Made by a program: the position numbers and the translations under genes | The notes under the pieces: model-generated | What the model was told of the DNA's origin: nothing | The model's database searches: none | Seen by the model: only the letters and a program-made list of their open reading frames with translations | Shown: positions 1-9,015 of the stretch, piece after piece | How the letters are laid out: the number at the start of each line of letters is the position of its first letter | Numbering within the stretch: the first letter of the stretch is position 1 | Assembly: GCA_045611685.1 (NCBI GenBank) | Contig: JAZKXO010000003.1 | Span: forward strand, 20,767 to 84,766 | Direction: 5' to 3' | From: Eubacteriales bacterium | Lineage (GTDB): Bacteria; Bacillota; Clostridia; Oscillospirales; CAG-272 | DNA: 64,000 bases

Positions 1-333
1 CTTATCCCGTACGATTTCTGCGTAATCCTTTACGTTCGATGCGCTTGGAACGATCTCGGAGATAAGGCGGATGTAATCCTTACCGCCCGCTTCATCGTAT
101 ACGCCGTTTTTTACCAGTTCATCGAGAAGGGTAATGACGTCGATGGTGCGTGAACGGAGATACATTCCTCCCATGGTGCGGAACAGTTCCTGGTGTTCTT
201 CCAACTGGAAATCGTCTGCCGTCAGAATACCTGCCAGCTGATCCATGCAGGTGGGGTCAATGAGAATGGCGCCGAGAACGGATTGCTCCGCTTCGAGCGA
301 AAAGGGCATTCGTCTCTTTAGTTCACCGTTCAT
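1..333 (-). CDS. dnaB: Replicative DNA helicase, N-terminal part (runs off window)
   Basis: Manual translation from ATG at 333: MNGELKRRMPFSLEAEQSVLGAILIDP..., the typical DnaB N-terminus; directly downstream of rplI. Confidence 0.93.
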   Translation of the reverse strand, partial: MNGELKRRMPFSLEAEQSVLGAILIDPTCMDQLAGILTADDFQLEEHQELFRTMGGMYLRSRTIDVITLLDELVKNGVYDEAGGKDYIRLISEIVPSASNVKDYAEIVRDK

Positions 334-337
334 AGGC

Positions 338-784
338 TCAGCTGTCCGAAACGACAACGTTGATCTTGCCGCTGATCTCGGTGTACAGTTTTACATCCAG
401 CGCGTACGTGCCGAAAGCGCGGATCGGTCCGTCCATAACGATTTTTCTTTTATCGACCGTAACGCCGTGTACGCTTTGAAGTGCCTCGGCGATATCCTTT
501 GCGGTAATGGAGCCGTAGAGACGTCCGTCAGCGCCTGCAGTGGATTTCAGTTTTACCACGATACCGGCGAGCTTTTCGGCAACGGCACGTGCGGCAGCCT
601 TTTCTTCTTCGATTTTATGGAGGCGCGCCTCTTCCTTGGATTTCAGTTCGTTCATGATCTTGGCGTCTGCTTCAACGGCGAGACCTTTCGGGAAGAGGAA
701 GTTGCGGGCGTATCCGTCGGATACGTTGACGAGATCGCCTTTCTTTCCCTGTGCCTTCACGTCCTGTAAAAGAACTACTTTCAT
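338..784 (-). CDS. rplI: 50S ribosomal protein L9
   Basis: [36 protein letters not shown]; LYGSIT motif. Confidence 0.98.
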   Translation of the reverse strand: MKVVLLQDVKAQGKKGDLVNVSDGYARNFLFPKGLAVEADAKIMNELKSKEEARLHKIEEEKAAARAVAEKLAGIVVKLKSTAGADGRLYGSITAKDIAEALQSVHGVTVDKRKIVMDGPIRAFGTYALDVKLYTEISGKINVVVSDS

Positions 785-835
785 AATTATTCACCCTGCT
801 CCCTTTGGGGAGTCCTTTCTCTATATACGAAATGT

Positions 836-2866
836 TTATTTTTTGACGGGTTTGTCTGTGCCGTCGAGATATGCATCAATCGCGGCTTTCAGCTGAACGA
901 GGGCATCATGGAGCGTGGCGGTAACCTGTGCCGCCGCCATATCGAAATGACCGCCGCCTTTCAGCTTTTCGAGGATCAACTGTACATTGATCGCATCGCC
1001 CGAGCGTGCGGAGATGTGCACCACGTCTCCGATTCGGATGAGTGCAAACGATGCCTGCACGCCTTCCACAGAGAGGAGCTTGTCCGCGGCTTTTGCGGCG
1101 GCGATACGGTCGCCCGCATCTCCGTCGCCCTCTCCGAGAGCAATTGCGGTTACACCGCGGTAGACGACTACGTTGGAACGGAATTTTGCCTCGCGGATAA
1201 AGTCGTCCAGATCCGTTTTGAATAGGTTCTGCGATTCCTGGGGAACGGCACCGCGCTCACGAAGATAGAGCGCCGCGCTGAACGTACGCGTGCCGGTGTT
1301 TTTGGTAAACTGCTTTGTGTCGAGCAAAATACCTGCCATCATGAGATTTGCTTCCGCAGGGCGGAGCAGATTCTCGGGCAGAACCTGTTCGAGCATTTCG
1401 GAAACAAGCTCACACGTTGCGGAGGCGGACGGTTCGATGTAAGAAATGAGCGGTGTTTTTTCAAATTCAGCCGTTTTTCTGTGGTGATCGATAATAACGA
1501 CGTTATCCACATTTTGGAACAGTTCGGGAGATTCGTATTTTTCGGGATTGTTCACGTCCACGATAATGAGAAGCGTATGGGCGGATACAAGATCGAGCGC
1601 TTCGCTTGCATCTACGAGAACGTCCTTGTAATCCGGCTCATTCTCAAGCATTCGGCGGCATCCTGTGAGGTTTGGATCGCGGAGATCCGTTACGATGTTC
1701 ACCTGATTGCCGCAGAACATAGCAAGTCGGGCTACGCCGACCGCTGCGCCGAACGCGTCGAAGTCTGCGTACTTATGCCCCATGATAAGGACGTTGGACG
1801 CGCGGGACAGGTGCAGGATCAGCTCGTTTGCAATTACGCGGGCACGGATCTTCGTGCGCTTCTGTACGGTTTTCGTGCGTCCGCCGTAGAACTCAATGCC
1901 CGCCTCGTTTTTGACAACGACCTGATCGCCGCCGCGTTGGAGCGCCATATCGAGCGCCGCTGCCGCCGCCCGTTCTTTTTCCGTGAACGCGCCGCGTACG
2001 TTTGCGACACCGACGGAAACGGTAACGGGGAGTTTGGCATCACCGATGCGGATATCGCGGATCTTATCAAGAATGTCAAACTTCCGAACGATAAAGTCAT
2101 CCAGGTGGCGTGCTTCAAATACGAAAAGATAACGGTCGCGTTCGTATTCCTTCAGAATACCTTCTGCTTCGTTTGCCCATTCTCTGAGGACCGTTTCGAT
2201 CTCCACCGCAACGGTACGGAATTTTTCGTGCTCGTACTGGAGGAGTTCATCAAGGTTATCCATAAGGATATAGGCGACGACTGCCTCACTCTGCGCGAGC
2301 TGGCTGTACAGACGTTCCATTTCGGTCACGTCGGTGAGCGTTACGATAGAGAAGCCCTTGTCCTTGGCGCGGATCGTCTGTATCCGTGCACGGCAGGAAT
2401 GTTCTTTGAGGGCAACGTAAGCACCGTCTGCGGCATTCTCTGAAAGCATATCGGCGACACTGCGGCTGAGGTACTCACCGGCACGGTGTCCGTAGAGCGG
2501 GACCTTTTCCTCGGTGGCGGCGGCGAACGCACGGTTGTACCAGATGATGCGTTCTTCCGCTTCATCGCAGATGAAGACAGGGGCGGCTTGCTTCATAACG
2601 GTGTCGACCATAATGTTGCCGAGCACCGGACTCAGAATCTGGCTGTCCGCGCCGTGCGGTCCGTGGCTGACCGTCAGAAATTCGATAAGCGATACGGAAG
2701 CGACGATGAGAACGAATGCCGCACCGCAAAGAATGAAAAGCGGGATCTCACTCGAGATTCCGATCACCCAAACGAGAGCAAGGATGAAAAGAACGGCTGC
2801 TGCCTTAAAAAGGGACGATAGGGAGATCCTTTCTGTGATCTGTTTAATTTTTGGAAACTTTGACAT
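836..2866 (-). CDS. gdpP: c-di-AMP phosphodiesterase GdpP (TM, PAS-like, degenerate GGDEF, DHH/DHHA1)
   Basis: Two N-terminal TM segments, RGGDQV, MGHKYADFD, IDHHR, GGGH; gdpP-rplI-dnaB synteny. Confidence 0.93.
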   Translation of the reverse strand: MSKFPKIKQITERISLSSLFKAAAVLFILALVWVIGISSEIPLFILCGAAFVLIVASVSLIEFLTVSHGPHGADSQILSPVLGNIMVDTVMKQAAPVFICDEAEERIIWYNRAFAAATEEKVPLYGHRAGEYLSRSVADMLSENAADGAYVALKEHSCRARIQTIRAKDKGFSIVTLTDVTEMERLYSQLAQSEAVVAYILMDNLDELLQYEHEKFRTVAVEIETVLREWANEAEGILKEYERDRYLFVFEARHLDDFIVRKFDILDKIRDIRIGDAKLPVTVSVGVANVRGAFTEKERAAAAALDMALQRGGDQVVVKNEAGIEFYGGRTKTVQKRTKIRARVIANELILHLSRASNVLIMGHKYADFDAFGAAVGVARLAMFCGNQVNIVTDLRDPNLTGCRRMLENEPDYKDVLVDASEALDLVSAHTLLIIVDVNNPEKYESPELFQNVDNVVIIDHHRKTAEFEKTPLISYIEPSASATCELVSEMLEQVLPENLLRPAEANLMMAGILLDTKQFTKNTGTRTFSAALYLRERGAVPQESQNLFKTDLDDFIREAKFRSNVVVYRGVTAIALGEGDGDAGDRIAAAKAADKLLSVEGVQASFALIRIGDVVHISARSGDAINVQLILEKLKGGGHFDMAAAQVTATLHDALVQLKAAIDAYLDGTDKPVKK

Positions 2867-3211
2867 GATTTCCTTCTTTCCTTCCGCAAAGGGGAACGAC
2901 GCGTATGACCGCGGCGCGTTTTTGCGGAATAAGATATAGATGCCGTACAGTCGGGCAAATAATCAAAGTAAATACCGTGCCGATGTCGGCACGCAGATAT
3001 AACAATACATGATACATTATACCACATATTTCTTACGATGGATGAAATATTTGTAAAATTTACGAATTTGTTCACAATTCACCCAAAGAAATTACCGAAA
3101 AAGAAAAACTTCTGTTGCATCCAGTAAATTTTGGTGTATAATAGTATACAGGGGTGGTGTGTGTTCTGTATTTGCCCCCCTTTTGAATCGACAGATAAAG
3201 AGGTATCCTTT

Positions 3212-4624
3212 ATGGCTATCCCGGTGTTTAAAAATAAAACAGCTGTGCTGCTCGGCGCAGGCGTATCGAATATGCCGCTTGCCGAGTATCTTTTCGCGAA
3301 GGGCGCAACAGTTGTCGTTCGCGATCAGAAAACGCCCGAGGAAATGGGCGAGCGTGCACAGAAGCTTCGCGCGCTGGGCGCGACGATCATCGGCGGCCCT
3401 TCCTACCTTTCCAATATAAACGGAGACTACATTTTTCGCTCTCCAGGATTCCGCCCCGATCTTCCCTCGATCAAAGAAGCGGTGGCAGGCGGTGCGGTTC
3501 TCACCTCGGAGATGGAGTTGTTTTTGGAGAACCGCCCCTCAACGACGATCGGTATCACGGGCAGCGACGGCAAAACGACGACCACGACGCTGATTTCGGA
3601 AATTCTGCGCCTTGCCGCAGAAGAAAGCGGAACCTCCGTCTTTCTCGGCGGTAATATCGGCGAGCCGATGCTCCACCGCATCGAGTCGATGGGGGAAAGA
3701 GATTACGCGGTGGTGGAGCTGTCCAGCTTTCAACTTATGACGGTGAATCACGCACCCGACGTGGCGGTTATTACGAACGTAACGCCCAATCATCTCAACT
3801 GGCACACGGGTATGGACGAGTATATTGCCGCCAAGGCGAAGATCCTTTCGGGATGCGCACGTGCGGTGCTCAATTATGAAAACGAGATTACGAGAGAACT
3901 CGCCCGAACAGCACCGTGTCCGGTAACACTGTTCGCCCACGAGCCGATCCCCGACAGCGCGCTTCGGCCTGAGGACTCGGCAATCTATGAAAGAGACGGC
4001 GTGATCGTCTTCCGTCTGGCAAATGAAACGGAGGAATTCCCGATTCTCAAGAGCGCAGATATTCTTTTGCCCGGCGGACATAACGTCGAAAATTATATGG
4101 CGGCGATCGGTGCCGTTCGCGGGTACGCATCACCCGAGCACATTTCCGCCGTTGCACGCACGTTCCGCGGTGTGCGCCACCGTTTGGAGCTTGTCCACGA
4201 AACGGGCGGTGTGTCGTATTACAACAGTTCTATTGATTCTTCGCCTACACGGACGGCGGCGGCGCTCAGCGCGATGAAAAAACGCACGCTCGTCGTTATA
4301 TGCGGCGGCTATGATAAAAACATTCCGTTCGAGCCCTTGGCGGAGGCACTCCTCACGCACGGGAATATCCGCGCCGTAGTTTTAACCGGCGCTACCGCTG
4401 AGAAGATTGAGGACGCGATCGTGTCGCACCCCCTTTTCGGTGAAGACACCTTCACGCTTCACCGCGAAACGGACTTCACCGCCGCGGTACTGAGAGCCTC
4501 CGATAGCGCCAAAACGGGAGATGCGGTGCTTCTCTCGCCGGCGTGTGCGAGTTTTGACGTGTTCGTCAATTTTGAAGAGCGCGGGAACCGTTTTTCCGAG
4601 ATCGTCCGTGCCATTGAGCGCTGA
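3212..4624 (+). CDS. murD: UDP-N-acetylmuramoyl-L-alanine--D-glutamate ligase
   Basis: GITGSDGKTTT, GGNIG, ELSSFQL, LLSPACASFD...FEERG; ATG 3212 after GAGG. Confidence 0.95.
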   Translation: MAIPVFKNKTAVLLGAGVSNMPLAEYLFAKGATVVVRDQKTPEEMGERAQKLRALGATIIGGPSYLSNINGDYIFRSPGFRPDLPSIKEAVAGGAVLTSEMELFLENRPSTTIGITGSDGKTTTTTLISEILRLAAEESGTSVFLGGNIGEPMLHRIESMGERDYAVVELSSFQLMTVNHAPDVAVITNVTPNHLNWHTGMDEYIAAKAKILSGCARAVLNYENEITRELARTAPCPVTLFAHEPIPDSALRPEDSAIYERDGVIVFRLANETEEFPILKSADILLPGGHNVENYMAAIGAVRGYASPEHISAVARTFRGVRHRLELVHETGGVSYYNSSIDSSPTRTAAALSAMKKRTLVVICGGYDKNIPFEPLAEALLTHGNIRAVVLTGATAEKIEDAIVSHPLFGEDTFTLHRETDFTAAVLRASDSAKTGDAVLLSPACASFDVFVNFEERGNRFSEIVRAIER

Positions 4625-4656
4625 TTATTACCAATAAAAGAAAGGAACGTAACCGT

Positions 4657-5238
4657 ATGCTGGCATCTGCATCCCTCTGTGAAGGAAGAGAAGCCGAGGC
4701 GAATGTTTCTCTGGACAGTCTCATTCCCGAAGACCATATTATTCGGAAAATTGACGCGGCCATTGATTGGCAAGCTTCATCGGAAGCGCTTCGTGCCTCT
4801 TACAGCAAAGAGCGCGGCAGACCCGCTTTTGAGCCGGAGATCCTTTTGGCGGTGGCACTTCTCAGGCATATCTACCGTCTTGAATCTCTGCGCGCCACGG
4901 CGGCAGAGCTTGAGACGAATCTCGTATACCGTTGGTTTATCGGCTGCCCGCTCGACGAGCCCGTGCCGCATTTTTCAACGATCAGCTCCAATATGCTCCA
5001 TCGGATTCCCGTATCGGTGTTCGATGAGGCATTTGCAAAGGCAATTTGTAATATTATTGATGCGGGCGTGATGCCGGCAGACGATCTGGTATATGCTTCG
5101 CCCTTTTTGAAAGAGGACGGCTGGTACGAGCGTCTTTGTGACCGCTATTTTCTGGCGGTGGATCAGCTTTCTTTCCCCGAGCCGAAGGCGGAATTGGTGC
5201 GTCCCGCATCGTCCGGTCAGATCGGATTTGAATTTTGA
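4657..5238 (+). CDS. Protein with only the IS1182/IS5-type transposase N-terminal (DUF772-like) domain; no DDE domain
   Basis: LIPEDHIIRKIDAAIDW...YSKERGRPAFEPEILL...NLVYRWFIG...VPHFSTIS; 193 aa; RBS AAAGGA. Confidence 0.7.
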   Translation: MLASASLCEGREAEANVSLDSLIPEDHIIRKIDAAIDWQASSEALRASYSKERGRPAFEPEILLAVALLRHIYRLESLRATAAELETNLVYRWFIGCPLDEPVPHFSTISSNMLHRIPVSVFDEAFAKAICNIIDAGVMPADDLVYASPFLKEDGWYERLCDRYFLAVDQLSFPEPKAELVRPASSGQIGFEF

Positions 5239-5299
5239 CAAAACGCTTTATGAGGCGATTTGATAATAAACGATAACAAACTACACGGAGGATAAAATT

Positions 5300-5941
5300 A
5301 TGAGTAAGAAGAGAATTTTGTGTTACGGAGATTCCAATACCTGGGGATTTATCCCGGGTGGCGCCGGAAGACTGTCTGAGGAGAAGCGCTGGACGGGTGT
5401 TTGTCAAAATGAGCTGGGGGATGCATATACGATCATTGAATGCGGCTTGAACGGTCGTTCGGCTTCTTTCGATCATCCCGAGGTTCCGCTCAGAAACGGC
5501 TCTGCCAGCATTGGTTATGCGCTTCTTGAGCATATGCCGTTGGATCTTATTGTACTTATGCTGGGAACGAACGATTCTGTGTATGCAGGCCTTGATGAAA
5601 TAGTTGCGGGCATTGATAATTTGGTGGAGAGAATTTTGACTGCCAATGCATGGACGGGCGGAACACAGAAAGTGTGGCTCGATGACCAGCCGAAGATGCT
5701 CCTTATGTCGCCCGTGTATATTCATGACAGCCATCCGAACAAAGAGCGTGTGGAGATCTCGCACGCATTGGCCGGTGCACTCTCCGAGGTTGCAAAAAAG
5801 CACGGCGTTTATTTTATGGATGCCGCTCCTTATGCCGCGCCCTCGGTCGTAGACCGCGTACATATCTGCCCTGAGGATCACCCGAACCTTGGTCGCGCGG
5901 TTGCTGAGAAAATTCGCTCCATTTTTGAAGATAAAGCGTAA
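5300..5941 (+). CDS. SGNH/GDSL-family hydrolase
   Basis: CYGDSNTWG, GLNGR, MLGTND, DRVH blocks. Confidence 0.9.
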   Translation: MSKKRILCYGDSNTWGFIPGGAGRLSEEKRWTGVCQNELGDAYTIIECGLNGRSASFDHPEVPLRNGSASIGYALLEHMPLDLIVLMLGTNDSVYAGLDEIVAGIDNLVERILTANAWTGGTQKVWLDDQPKMLLMSPVYIHDSHPNKERVEISHALAGALSEVAKKHGVYFMDAAPYAAPSVVDRVHICPEDHPNLGRAVAEKIRSIFEDKA

Positions 5942-5958
5942 AATTTACGGGGAAATTT

Positions 5959-7239
5959 ATGAAACAGCTTGCGGAAAAGGCCATCTCCGTGCCGGTATCG
6001 ACGAGCGTTTCTGCAGATGAGCTTCTCAGAACAGCTCTGGATATAGCGGAGCATACGCTTCGATGCGGCGGGGATGTGCGACGGGTAGAGGAAACCATTA
6101 TTCGTATCTGTGCGGCCTTCGGTGCTACCCATACGGAATCGTTTACGATCACCTCGGTGATCGTCGCATCCGTGTGGATGCCGGATGGTACCCATTCCCA
6201 GCAGATGCGCCGTGTATACGGCTCTTCCAATAATTTGGAGGCATTTGAGACCTATAACAGTATTTCGCGCAGTCTTTGCAACGGTACTATGACCTTAGCC
6301 GAAGCACGTGAGGCCGTGCGAAAGGCCCGTCAAAAAAAGACGTATCCTTCATGGGTTTATTACTTAGGTGCTATTTTGGCAGCCGGCAGCTTCGCGGTGT
6401 TTTTTGGCGGATCGTGGCAGGACGGTATTGCCGCAGGTATTTGCGGCATTGTCATTACGTTTTTGAACCGTCATTTGGGCAGTAACACGAATCAAATTGC
6501 GATCACGGTGCTTGACTCGTTTGTTGCCGGTGGTGTTGCGATCTTGCTTGTCTTTCTGGGGATAGGCTTAAATGTGGAAAAGGTAATGATCGGGTCCATC
6601 ATGCTGCTTATACCTGGTGTTGCATTCAGTGTTTCGATGCAGGATCTTCTGGGCGGAGACGTCCTTTCCGGAACCCTTCGGTTTATTCAGGCAGTTTTGT
6701 TAGCACTGTCTATCGCGCTCGGGTTTTCTGTGTCTATGCTTGTTTTCCCAATCGGTATTTCGGCTGTACAAAGTGCATCGGCGGCCAAATGGTTGTTTCT
6801 ATTTACAGGCGTTTTGGGAACGATCGGATTTAGCTTGCTTTTCAGCACGAGAATTTGTCATGTTCCTATGGCAGGTATCGGCGCTCTGATTGCGTGTGCT
6901 GTGTATCTTTTTGCAGCACAATGGCTTGAATTAAACGTGTTTTCATCCAATATGCTTGCGGCTACCGCGGCAGCTGTGTACTCGTATGTGTGTGCTACGG
7001 TGCGTAAAGCACCGCGCAATATCTTTATTATTGCGTGTATGATTCCGCTTGTACCCGGAAGCGGCCTCTATTACACAATGTATTACCTGATAGCGCATCA
7101 AACAGATATGACATTGCAGTATTTTTCACGCACTTTGGAAACAGCGCTCGGTGTTTCCGCCGGGTTTGCTTTGGTTACTGCGTTCGATCGGGCATCCGTC
7201 TATTTAAGGCAAAAGTATAAAATGAATAACGCAAAATAA
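5959..7239 (+). CDS. ThrE-family threonine/serine exporter (fused two-domain form)
   Basis: GGDVRRVEETIIRI, LIPGVAF, PLVPGSGLY; about 10 TM segments. Confidence 0.85.
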   Translation: MKQLAEKAISVPVSTSVSADELLRTALDIAEHTLRCGGDVRRVEETIIRICAAFGATHTESFTITSVIVASVWMPDGTHSQQMRRVYGSSNNLEAFETYNSISRSLCNGTMTLAEAREAVRKARQKKTYPSWVYYLGAILAAGSFAVFFGGSWQDGIAAGICGIVITFLNRHLGSNTNQIAITVLDSFVAGGVAILLVFLGIGLNVEKVMIGSIMLLIPGVAFSVSMQDLLGGDVLSGTLRFIQAVLLALSIALGFSVSMLVFPIGISAVQSASAAKWLFLFTGVLGTIGFSLLFSTRICHVPMAGIGALIACAVYLFAAQWLELNVFSSNMLAATAAAVYSYVCATVRKAPRNIFIIACMIPLVPGSGLYYTMYYLIAHQTDMTLQYFSRTLETALGVSAGFALVTAFDRASVYLRQKYKMNNAK

Positions 7240-7252
7240 AAGGAGATAAACG

Positions 7253-7852
7253 ATGAGAGAATATACGATCGTGAAAAAGGGAGAAACCCTTGAATGGAGC
7301 CGTGTCCCCGTTCTTCCTATTGATACGCTGCTTTGGCGTGAGGATTGTGGAATTTCTGCATTTGCAAAAATATGTTACGATGAAGAGAATCTGTACGTTT
7401 ATCTTGAGGCGAAGGAAGAGAATATCCGTGCCGTGGAAACGTCGCCTATCGGTTCTCCGTGGGAGGATAGCTGCCTTGAATTTTTCTTCCGACCCGAGAT
7501 TGATGACGACAGATATATGAATTTTGAGTTCAATCCGAACGCGTGCTTTTACGTCGGTATCGGTCATTCGCTTGAGGATCTCATGCGGCTGATTCCCGAC
7601 GGCAAAGTGCCGTTCAACGCCAATCCCGTACGTACGGAGGACGGCTGGTACATTACCTATCAGATCCCGCGCTCCTTCCTTCGGATTTTCTTCCCCGACG
7701 TCGAATTCGTATCCGGCAAGGAGATTCGTGCCAACTGCTACAAGTGCGGTAACTGTACGGTGCATCCGCATTACCTTTCGTGGAATCCCGTCGTGTGCGA
7801 AAAGCCTGCGTTCCACCGTCCCGAGGATTTCGGCGTAATGTACTTTGAATAA
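7253..7852 (+). CDS. Carbohydrate-binding family 9-like (DOMON-like) protein
   Basis: WEDSCLEFF, YMNFEFNP, ANCYKCG, FHRPEDFG. Confidence 0.8.
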   Translation: MREYTIVKKGETLEWSRVPVLPIDTLLWREDCGISAFAKICYDEENLYVYLEAKEENIRAVETSPIGSPWEDSCLEFFFRPEIDDDRYMNFEFNPNACFYVGIGHSLEDLMRLIPDGKVPFNANPVRTEDGWYITYQIPRSFLRIFFPDVEFVSGKEIRANCYKCGNCTVHPHYLSWNPVVCEKPAFHRPEDFGVMYFE

Positions 7853-7868
7853 TCAAGAGGGAAAGAAA

Positions 7869-8975
7869 ATGAAAATTACATTTTTGTCTCCCGTTGATGG
7901 GGATGTTATGACCCCTTTTGACGGCAAGGAAGAGCGAGAAGGACTTATCGTTGATGTAACCGTTGAGGCGCCCGTCGGTGCCGCTGTTACGGTGAACGGA
8001 ACGCCCGCTTCCCTGAACGGAGGCGTATATACCGCACCCGTGAAGCTGGACGGTTATCGGAATACCGTCGTCGCGCGGGCGGAAAAGGACGGCGAGACGG
8101 CGGAGGCGAAGATCGCGCTCTATCGCTTTAAAAATGCATTTATGAAGTACCGCCTGTCAGTGGACGACGTCATCTGGTCACTTGAGGAGGTTGCGAACGG
8201 CGATTACCGTTCTTTGTTCGATCATCCTTTCTTTGCGATCTTCAAACGTCTGAATGAGGATTTCGGTACCCAGGTTCACATGAATCTGTTTTACGAAACG
8301 GAGGACGGGCGCTTCAATCTCACGATGATGCCCGATACGTATAAAAGCGAGTTTGAAGCCGCGTCCGATTGGCTGAAATTCACGTTCCACGCACGGGCGA
8401 ATAAACCGGACCGCATTTATCGCTTCGCGCCGTATGAGGAGCTGTACGGGGATTATCAAAAAGTTACCCGCGAGATCGTTCGCTTTGCGGGAGAAAATGC
8501 CATAAAATCCGCGGCGACGGGCCTCCATTGGGGCGAGACCACCCGAGAGGGCGCACGTGCGCTTCGCGCAGTCGGCATCCGCTGTCTGCTTGGCTATTTC
8601 CGTTTTGATAAGGACGGTGAGCCGTTCGTTTCGTACTACCTGAACCGCGAGGAGACCGCCCACGCGGCCGGTCGTGATTTTTGGGTCGATACATCCGAGG
8701 ACATTATTTTCGCAAAGGATAAATTCGTCATCGATAGGCACACTGTCAAGGGAATTGCGCCGGCACTCGACGATCTCAAATCCCGTCCGCATGAAGCGGG
8801 GACGATCAATTTCCTTGTTCACGAACAGTTTTTCTATCCGCATTATCCGAAATACCTGCCCGATTACGAAGAGCGTATTCGTACCGCCATCCAATGGGCA
8901 CACGATAACGGGTACGCTCCTGTTCTCCTTGATGAGGCGATCGCGGAGGATATGGCGCTCGATTTCCTTAAATAA
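7869..8975 (+). CDS. Hypothetical protein: beta-rich N-domain plus deacetylase-like barrel
   Basis: ATG 7869 after GAGGG; LSVDD motif and several His-containing segments (FHA, LHWG, VHEQ); fold is inferred. Confidence 0.55.
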   Translation: MKITFLSPVDGDVMTPFDGKEEREGLIVDVTVEAPVGAAVTVNGTPASLNGGVYTAPVKLDGYRNTVVARAEKDGETAEAKIALYRFKNAFMKYRLSVDDVIWSLEEVANGDYRSLFDHPFFAIFKRLNEDFGTQVHMNLFYETEDGRFNLTMMPDTYKSEFEAASDWLKFTFHARANKPDRIYRFAPYEELYGDYQKVTREIVRFAGENAIKSAATGLHWGETTREGARALRAVGIRCLLGYFRFDKDGEPFVSYYLNREETAHAAGRDFWVDTSEDIIFAKDKFVIDRHTVKGIAPALDDLKSRPHEAGTINFLVHEQFFYPHYPKYLPDYEERIRTAIQWAHDNGYAPVLLDEAIAEDMALDFLK

Positions 8976-8983
8976 AAAAGATA

Positions 8984-9009
8984 CCCTCCGGGCCGTATGG
9001 CTTGGAGGG
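8984..9009. terminator. Bidirectional intrinsic terminator
   Basis: CCCTCC-GGGCC-GTAT-GGCTT-GGAGGG hairpin between convergent genes. Confidence 0.7.
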
Positions 9010-9015
9010 CTTATT

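Noticed and set aside
3150-3185. GGGG...CCCC-TTTT hairpin in the murD leader as an attenuator
   Set aside because: Stem is short and imperfect with a large loop; no antiterminator or leader peptide seen
4625-5299. Complete IS element around the transposase-like ORF
   Set aside because: No DDE domain, terminal IRs or target duplication found
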